DNA of 64,000 bases from the human T2T-CHM13v2.0 reference genome, Homo sapiens. This document shows, in pieces, positions 55,478 to 64,000 of the stretch (position 1 is its first letter; every line of letters starts with the position of its first letter). Where the stretch lies: the NCBI RefSeq assembly GCF_009914755.1, contig NC_060932.1. The stretch is one strand, 5' to 3'. The notes beneath the pieces are model-generated. The model was not told the origin of the DNA and ran no database searches. It saw nothing but the letters and a program-made list of their open reading frames with translations. Both the position numbers and the translations under genes were made by a program.

Positions 55478-57719
55478 CTATCTTCGTCTATTTAATAAAG
55501 TGTTCACCTTGCATTTAATTTCACATGCTTCGTCCTTTGCCTTTCCCTCCCTGTCTCTACCATCCTTCCCACACATTTGTGTTTTCTGCTTGTACTTAAA
55601 GGTGCAGCCCAGGGTTTCTTCCTCTGGAAATTCCTCCTTGACCCTCAAGCCTGGGTTAGGGGCTTCTCATCCATTTTCTCCTATTACCCAGTGCTTACCT
55701 CTGTCTTGGTACTTACAGCCCAATTGATTATCTTTACATTTGCACATTTTTTAGTGAGCGGCCTTTCAGTTGTGACAGAAATCTATCTCAAAGTTGTTTC
55801 AATACCAAAAAAGTTTTTTCTTAAGTTTGCATTTACTGGCTTTATGATTAAATTGCAAATATAAACCTAAAGCACTTTTAACTTTTCCAAAATCTGTTAA
55901 CAGTCTTGCTTTACTGCAGCCCCTTTCCTCATGGGCATAATGACACATGTCCCTGTTTGCCTGGGAGTGTTCTGGTTTACATCTTTTGTCCTCAAGCAAT
56001 TATGAATAGTGCCCCCTTTGACTCTCATTAGTGCCCTGGAATTTGCAATAAATTATATGATCACCTACTTAATGACATGCTAGTCATATTTTCTAACTTC
56101 TTTGTCACTTTCAAGGACAAAGAGTTAGTTGTCTCCATTCATAAACTCATATCTCTTATTTTACCCCAGGTCCCCATTCAGGGGAGTCTGTGGCAACTTT
56201 CCATATGCTCATTCCCCTGCTCTGTCCTTGCTTCTCTGAATTTAGGAATGGGAAGGAAAGAGACAGGAAAAAAAGGTATTTCCTTTTATGGTTTTTCCTA
56301 GTTGTTTTTTCATGACCTTTTGGACTTGATTTTATTATTCTGGCTTGTAGTCCCTTCTGTGTCACAGGAGCATAAACACTGGCTGTCTTGTGGGGACATA
56401 TATGGATTATATTTTTGGGAAGATCTCAAGGGGACCCATCTTGTATAGTCAGCTTCCTTGCAAGAGGCCTGGTTGAGGCTCAACCTCTTCCCACTTCCCA
56501 CCTTCATGGGTGGTCAAGCCCACAGCCTCTGGCTGCTGGGGCTCTCTAGACTGTCATGCAGCTCTCTTGGAAGACACTGGTAAGATGGTTTGAGATGGTT
56601 TAAGACAACTTCTGTTGTAGCAGCTCTGCCTGTGGAAATGTCATCTCTTCCTGCCAAATGGAGGTAGTGAGGGTTCACCTTGGCTTTTCTTTCTTGGCCT
56701 TTTGGGTCTTTTCCTTTTGTTACAGATCAGCAGCAATGTTCTCTCTGTTGGTTCAGAAGACCAGAAACTCATACAACAGATCATCACCAGTTCCTAAGTG
56801 GTGGAGTAGTGATGGTGGTGGGAACAGCATGTTTTGTACAACTCTATCTTATAGGAAGAAAGGGGGCTGAAATTAGTTGAAAATTATCTTTAATGTTGGG
56901 GGTAGAAATATGAAATCGTTGTTTTTTCATAATCTCTCTCTTCCAAGAGACAAATTTCCTTTTCTGTACCTAGTCGCTCCCTGGCATCTTGAAGAAAGTG
57001 GAAAGGTACATTAAAGGGGGATATAGTACACCCCAGGGCTTCCAGGGGGCTGTAGGGGAACTTAGCATTTTTTCGTTCTGTCTTCTCACATTTGTCTCTT
57101 CACAATTGCTCCTTACAGTTGGTTCTATCACAATTCATGGAAAATGGGAACATCTCTCACTTGACACTTCATACTACCATGTCACACTTTCAAAGCACTA
57201 ACAGGCCACTGTGGAGCTGGCCTCACACAAGAGTGTGCTGGCTTCGGGACTCACTATGTCCCCACCCTTCAGTTCTTCTCCTTTTGCACTGGTCTTATTC
57301 TGTTCTAGGTCCCAGGAGCTTTTTCCATGTTGTGGAAGAGAAGGCACATGACTAATGACTGTCCCAGGTTTATATTATTTGCAGTTGCAGTTCCCAACCT
57401 AGAGGAGAACAACCTTCACTCTTATTTAATACCTATAGACCCCAGGGAATATTTATGACTGGTCCTGCTTAGATCATATATCCATGCTTTGGCCGAATAC
57501 TGTGGCTAGGGTGATGAAGTGCTTGACTAGCTGGACTGAAGCTACGTGTTTATTTCTGTGATAGGAGTGGGGAGGAGACAATGTGACTGGAAGCTTCCCA
57601 CCCCCACCAGGAATCATGTGGAGTTTTAAAATGGGGAAATAGCCATGACCTCAATGACAGGGACAGTGAACTGAAGAGGAACAGAAGAGAGAAAGACAAG
57701 TCAGTCCAGTTTAGATCAT

Positions 57720-57893
57720 CTTAGATCAGCCAGTCACTTGCCAATCCACCCACTGATTACAAATCCATGAGTGAGTCTCAGTGGGATCAGTACACCATGC
57801 CCAGCTTAATTGTTTTCAATCCACAGAACTGTGAGCTATATAGCTTGTTATTGTTTTGGAATGATTTGTTACTCAGCAAAGGCTAACTAATAC
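57720..57893 (+). mobile_element. MLT1 LTR 3' fragment
   Basis: 'ccacagaactgtgag...tttgttactcagcaaaggctaactaataca'. Confidence 0.7.
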
Positions 57894-58334
57894 AAGTACT
57901 GAGGAATAATATTTTATCACTTATTACTTCACAGATGTGCCACCAAATCTTGATGAACATAGAATTTTATTTTTGCTATCACTGAATACACATACACACA
58001 CATGCACGCAGGCACACACATATGTATATATCACATATTGTTACTGCAAGATCTACCGTTAAGTGTTAAGCTTATGTAGGTTATGGAATAAGGTATCAAG
58101 ATGGTTACAACTTGAAACATGAGGCAAGAGGCATAATATAATAAAAAATTGGCACCAGAGAAAAAGTGCAGACTTTCTAGAGCTTGCACAGGACGTTTGC
58201 TCATTAGTAGAAAAGACAGCATGGTCAGAGCAGTAAGTTCTACTGAAGTATTAACATAGTACTGAAGAATAATCATCACGATAACAGTGCAGATATTGTG
58301 GAGATTTTTATAGATCCACAGAGATCTCAGTGAC

Positions 58335-58504
58335 TTTTGAGCCTCAACCAACACCTTGATTTCAGCCTCGTAAGACTCTGAGCAGAGGACCCAGTTAAGC
58401 TGTTCCTAGACTCTTCACCCATGGAAATTGTGAAATTAAAAAGTGTATTGTTATAAGTTGCTTATTTTGTGCTAATTTGTGATGCAGCAATTGAAATCTA
58501 ACAC
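58335..58504 (+). mobile_element. MLT1 (D/E-like) LTR 3' fragment
   Basis: 'caacaccttgatttcagcctcgtaagactctgagcagaggacccagttaagc'. Confidence 0.78.
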
Positions 58505-58598
58505 AGGGGAAGAAACACTAGCATGGGGTAAGCTATTAACTATTCCTGAATTAAACTATAACATCTATGGGGGCAGGTGCTGTGTCTATCTATCATGA

Positions 58599-58898
<300 letters not shown>

Positions 58899-58914
58899 CA
58901 TGATGGTTAACTTT

Positions 58915-59110
58915 TTGAGCTCTGGGACTGAATGCAGGCCCTGCCACTTATTAGGTGTATGGCTTTGAATGCTGTATCTCAGTTTCCTAATCTGTAAAAT
59001 AGGAATTATAACATTATGGGAATTGAAGGGGAATAAATGTAATAGTCCATACACAATGGTTAGCATCACCTATGATGTATGCACTCTGTAAGCATTAGCT
59101 ATCATATTCA
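58915..59110 (+). mobile_element. MIR
   Basis: 'ctcagtttcctaatctgtaaaatagg'. Confidence 0.72.
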
Positions 59111-59245
59111 GCTGAAATCACTATTGAGTTTGTAGCAGGTGACACAGTGCCCATCTTTATAGGCATTCAGTACATATATACAGAAAGCAAGGAATGGATG
59201 GTAGACTGAGTAATTTGAGTGGCTGAAGAAATGGATAAATGGTGA

Positions 59246-59619
<374 letters not shown>

Positions 59620-59679
59620 TAGGTGCCTGTGGGAAAAACAGCCAAAGGAGGGCAGGGCTTGTACAACAGGCTGCTTGCT

Positions 59680-59765
59680 CTCCGGAAGTCATGACAACAG
59701 AAAACTCGTGCTCAGATGCATCACCTGGTGACTCTGACAGGGATCACATCCGGAAATTTCCAGGC
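59680..59765. promoter_or_regulatory. Candidate enhancer/promoter (ETS, NF-kB, X-box-like motifs)
   Basis: CCGGAAGT 59682-59689; ACATCCGG 59746-59753; GGAAATTTCC 59752-59761; motif evidence only. Confidence 0.35.
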
Positions 59766-62155
59766 TAGGGAAACACTTAGGATTTATCCTTCCTTACTCT
59801 CGTCTTCTTTGTTTGCACTAGCTTTGTTCTCTTGCTGAGCCGCTAACTCACTGGCTAAGTGGAAACTCACATTTTCCTTCTTTCTCTTGCCCCCACAGAC
59901 ACCCTTGCCCTTGGCTGCATGAAAAGGATATGCTTGCTGAGCAGCAGGTATAAATTAACTATATGAAATGTAGTTATTTCATCCTGGATGTGATAGGAAG
60001 AGGGAGGAACAGAAGGAAGGTTTGCAGTGCTGAGTTAAGACTCTGAGAACGTGATCCAGATAAGAACCAGTGAAGTGATGCCTGTTTAATAAATATTAAG
60101 AACTGGTAGGCACTGGAGTCTGGGGATTTCAGGCCATACAGAACAGTTATGGAGCTTTGCAAAATTTTTTTAATGAAGCACAAATTTCCGTCGCTCATGA
60201 GAGACCCTAGATGCAGCTGTGGAATGGAGGAAAGGCACAGAGCCTGGGGTCAGAAAGCCTGTGGTGGAATCCTAGCTCCAAGTCCCATCCTCCAGGTGCA
60301 GCTGGGCAAATCACCACTCCTCATAATACACTGATATATTGACATGTGGCAAACAGGGTTCTGTGAGAAAATAAAGGCAGAAGTCTGAAGACTTAAAAAG
60401 TTGTCTCTCAGTGGATCCGTTCCTCTCTCTGGAACTCAGCTTCCTCAGTGATCAAATTTGGCTGTTGGTCTGAATGAAACTGTTCTCCAAGCAGGTGGCC
60501 ACTTCAGAGTACAGCAGGGAGAACTCAGGGCTGTTGAGGGGGTCAGACTCTACTTCTCCCAACATTTACAATGGAAGCAGCTGAGTCAGATTTGAATCTA
60601 TTCTACAGAATAGTCTTCCTGGTGAAATGTATCTTTCAGATTTTGATCTAAAGAAATTAGCCACTCCACTGGTTGATGACCTCATTCCCATCGATTCTCA
60701 GTATATCCTCCTACAGTTCCCAGGATTCTTGTGATTTAATCAGGGAGGTAAATGAGAATTTAGGTAGAAGACCAAGGCAGCCACACAGTAGCATCAAGGT
60801 CGTGGAAGTTGAAACCAGAAGATTTGAGTTTGAGGTTCTACCTTGCTACTGACCAGACACATTGCCCTTATTGGCTTCTTACCCTCTTGCTTTCAGTTTC
60901 TCCCTTGTCTAATGTAATCCCAGCTTCCCATGAGTGCTCAAGGGGTCATGAGATGGTTGTTCACAAGAATGTCCCACACAGTGCCTTGCTCCTGGTCTGC
61001 ACAGAGAACAGGTGGGATTTGCTGGGATACCACACTTCTTGCTAGCTGTGTTATTAAATACCAATTCCTGGTGGTCTGGGTAGTATAATCTGGTATTTAA
61101 AAGCATTCAGAGAGATGCTTGAATGCGGGACAAATACATATATCCCTGCTGTTGCTATGCTGACTTATGCAATACATCAAAGTGTACTCCAACAGCGGTG
61201 CCTGTTGAAAAAGAGGAACAGGTAACCTCCCCTGGGCATCAGAGACAGGGGCCTAATGACTTATTTCTTTTCTGCTATTCAGCTGGTTTATGCATTTGTC
61301 ATTTAGCCTCAGCTCTGTACATGATATTTATCACTGCAATTAAGTTGGGGGCAGAAACATTTAGAATGGCTCTGGCTAAGGAGCCGCCTGAGCTTTGTCG
61401 TTTTTATGTTGCAGAAACTGAGCACAAGTGTTTTGTCTTCCTGCTGATCTTGGGCAGGGCAAGACTTGCCATTTGGATGATAAGAGGAAGGCAAGTCTCT
61501 GTGATGGTAACAAGAATACACCAAAATAAGAGCTGAAGTCCTCACAATGTTTTTTCTGTACTCACTGTCCAATGAACGAAAGCGGGAAGGAACTCTTCAT
61601 GATAGTGTTCACCAATTGATCTTCACTGAAGGCCTTCTATGTGTTGGACGCTCACTGTGTCTTCTTAATCCTCTCACCATTCCCATGTGATAGGAAATCG
61701 CATTATTCCTGCTTTAGGTGAGTTAGAGGCATCCCAAATAGTCTAAGTTTTTTGTTTATGGCTTAAGGGGTTCAGTGAAGACTTTGGATGTGCTGACAAA
61801 GAGCTGAATTTTGTATGGTAATGGGGAGTTGATATGTTGAGGAGAATGAAGAATCTTTAAGTGAAGTACGTGGCCATACTCTGTAACCTTAAAGAGCCAA
61901 GCAAATAAAAGGCATCACCAAATAATGTAGTGTTTCAGGGAGAGAACAACATGTTCTATTAAAAGTCCCCAAGATTCAGGAGTTGCTGGTGTCTTGTCCT
62001 AGCTCTAGACACAGTGTATTCATTTGTTTTCAACCCCATCACCTTAATCTGCCCCATAAAGAGAACACACCTGGCTCTCCTTCCTGTCAAGGTATGATGT
62101 GCTGTGTTCAACTGGTTACGTGACATGAAACGAAAGTGTTATGAAAAGCAGAAAG

Positions 62156-62447
62156 TGCTGGGTGCAGTGGCTCACACCTGTAATCCAAACACTTTGGGAG
62201 ATGGGGGCAGAAGGATTGTTTGAGCCCAGGAGTTCGAGACCAGTCTGGGCAACATAGGGAGACTCCCATCTATACAAAAAATATAAAAAATTAGCCAGGT
62301 GTGCTGTCTTGTGCATGTAGTCCCAGCTACTTGGGAAGCTGAGGTATGCAGATCACTTGTGCTTGAGAGATTGAGGGTGCAGTGAGCTGTGATCAGTGAG
62401 TGAGCAATGAACAACAGAATGAGACCCTGTCTCCAAGAAAAAAAAAA
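62156..62447 (+). mobile_element. AluJ
   Basis: Diverged dimer with A tail. Confidence 0.9.
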
Positions 62448-63234
62448 GAGGAAGAATTTACCAGATGCAGCTAATATTTCATCAGTCCTCTCTGTTCACT
62501 GGCATTATAAACCTGAATCCATGATTTCACCATTCACAGATCTGTAAAACAAGAGCCTCTTTGGTCTACAGAGTTCTACAATCTTTATGGCTTAGATAGT
62601 TGGATGGAAGCTATTTGCAGAACAGTTCTGTCCATTCGGTTCACAAGTTTTTGGTTATAGCCTGCCAAATGTCCCAGGATTGCACTGAGTATGTGTATGG
62701 ATGAGGAGGTGTGTGGGAAGACAGAAAAAATACGGTAGCATTTAAAAGAAAAAGGGAATCGCTTTCCTGACACCACTGGCTCTTGGTTTCCCTCCTACTT
62801 TCCTCACCATTCTTTCTCAGTCTCTCATGCTTCTCTTCCTGCCCACACTTAAGATGTTGCAGCCCTGGGAAGACTTCATCCTTAGACCTTTTCTGTTCTT
62901 ACTCTAAACTATGGTAATTCTTATTTTGCAAGAGTAGATCTCCATGGAGTACAAGAGAAGAGAACTTTCCTTTTCTTCCAATTGCCCTTTCATATCTGCT
63001 CTGTGAGGCTCATTTTCCCCTGATCCTTGAATGAAGTCCAAAGCCATTCTCTCAATTCTGATCACTCTCCAATAGTCAATTGTCCTCTGGTAACTTTTAG
63101 TCACAAAAGTCTCATGAGAATAATTAACATGGCCAATAGTAATAATCAGAATTCCATAGATAATTTGAAGTTAAAACTTTAGTAGTGCTGTACCCCTATG
63201 AACTTTAATAGGGATAGCACCATGTTTAAGAGGC

Positions 63235-63697
63235 CAGAGAAGAGACCCAGAGCCAGCAACTGAGATATGGGATTGAATGAGGGAAGCTGCATACAAAGCA
63301 GACCAGTAGTGGCAGGCTGGACAGGAGAACTGCAACCGCTTATAAAAACCATGCAACTTACATCACATTTTCACTTAGCACCCTCCCCCTACTAATCTCC
63401 ACCTTGCAATCTTCGTTTAACCCAAAACAAAGAGCCTCCATCCCCTGGATGGCCTGCGTTCCATGGACTGGGCCAGCAGTTCAGGAGTTCCTCATGTATG
63501 AGGAATGAATCTCCGAGTTGGCCACTCCTGGATTCCTTAGCTTGAAATTCTTGAATACACATTACTCTTAGACCATAGGGTCATTCTCAGAGTATGCTTA
63601 AGTTATGCTATTGCTTTTAAATGCATCTGCCATATGCGGTCAATTCTTAGGGTATGATTCAGGTTAAGCTATTGCTGTCAGGTGCACCTGCCATACA
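63235..63697 (-). mobile_element. ERV1 LTR (MER67-like)
   Basis: Ends 'attgctgtcaggtgcacctgccataca'; internal 'agaccatagggtcattctcagagtatgcttaagtt'. Confidence 0.65.
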
Positions 63698-64000
63698 ACT
63701 TCTCCCTTCCCCTCAACAAGTTCCTCCTTCAGGGTGGAAGTCAACATTAAGAAAGACTAATCCTCTTTCCTACCTTACTATTAAGCCCTTCTCTCTTCAA
63801 CACCCATTCACTCCAAGCCTTGTGATCAAGTTTTTTCTCTCTTTTTCTCTCTCTGTCTCTCTCTTTCTTCATCAGAGCTGTGAGAGAAAAGATCAAAGAG
63901 AGAGGAAAACTCTTACCTGTATGGTACTGATGCATGCCTGGGCATTGACATTCTCTTCATTTAATCTATGCTCGATGTTGATTTTCTCGTAAGGTATGCC

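Noticed and set aside
63580-63697. Internal duplication in the terminal LTR
   Set aside because: Appears to be intrinsic to this LTR family's structure rather than locus-specific.

Overview
Primate, most likely human, non-coding genomic DNA (intergenic or deep intronic). I find no supportable protein-coding gene, RNA gene or CRISPR array. The supplied ORFs are Alu-, LTR-, L1- or microsatellite-derived, or chance. A large fraction of the window is interspersed repeats recognised by eye: about 25 Alu/FLAM copies, old and young L1, L2/MIR, MaLR/ERVL/ERV1 solo LTRs, and DNA transposons (Charlie7-like hAT fossil, MER1B, MER5, MER20, MER58A, piggyBac MITE MER85). Subfamily names come from remembered consensus sequences and need RepeatMasker confirmation. 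Structures not explained by known repeats: (1) a ~205-bp-arm, ~94%-identical inverted repeat at 41284-41819 whose mismatches are mostly G:U-compatible on the + strand; (2) a MER85 whose PGBD3-binding palindrome is duplicated in inverted orientation; (3) an 8-nt microexon-like splice architecture at 54389-54396; (4) an NF-kB-like site cluster at ~39.1 kb and an ETS/NF-kB/X-box cluster at ~59.7 kb. None of these is shown to be functional from sequence alone.
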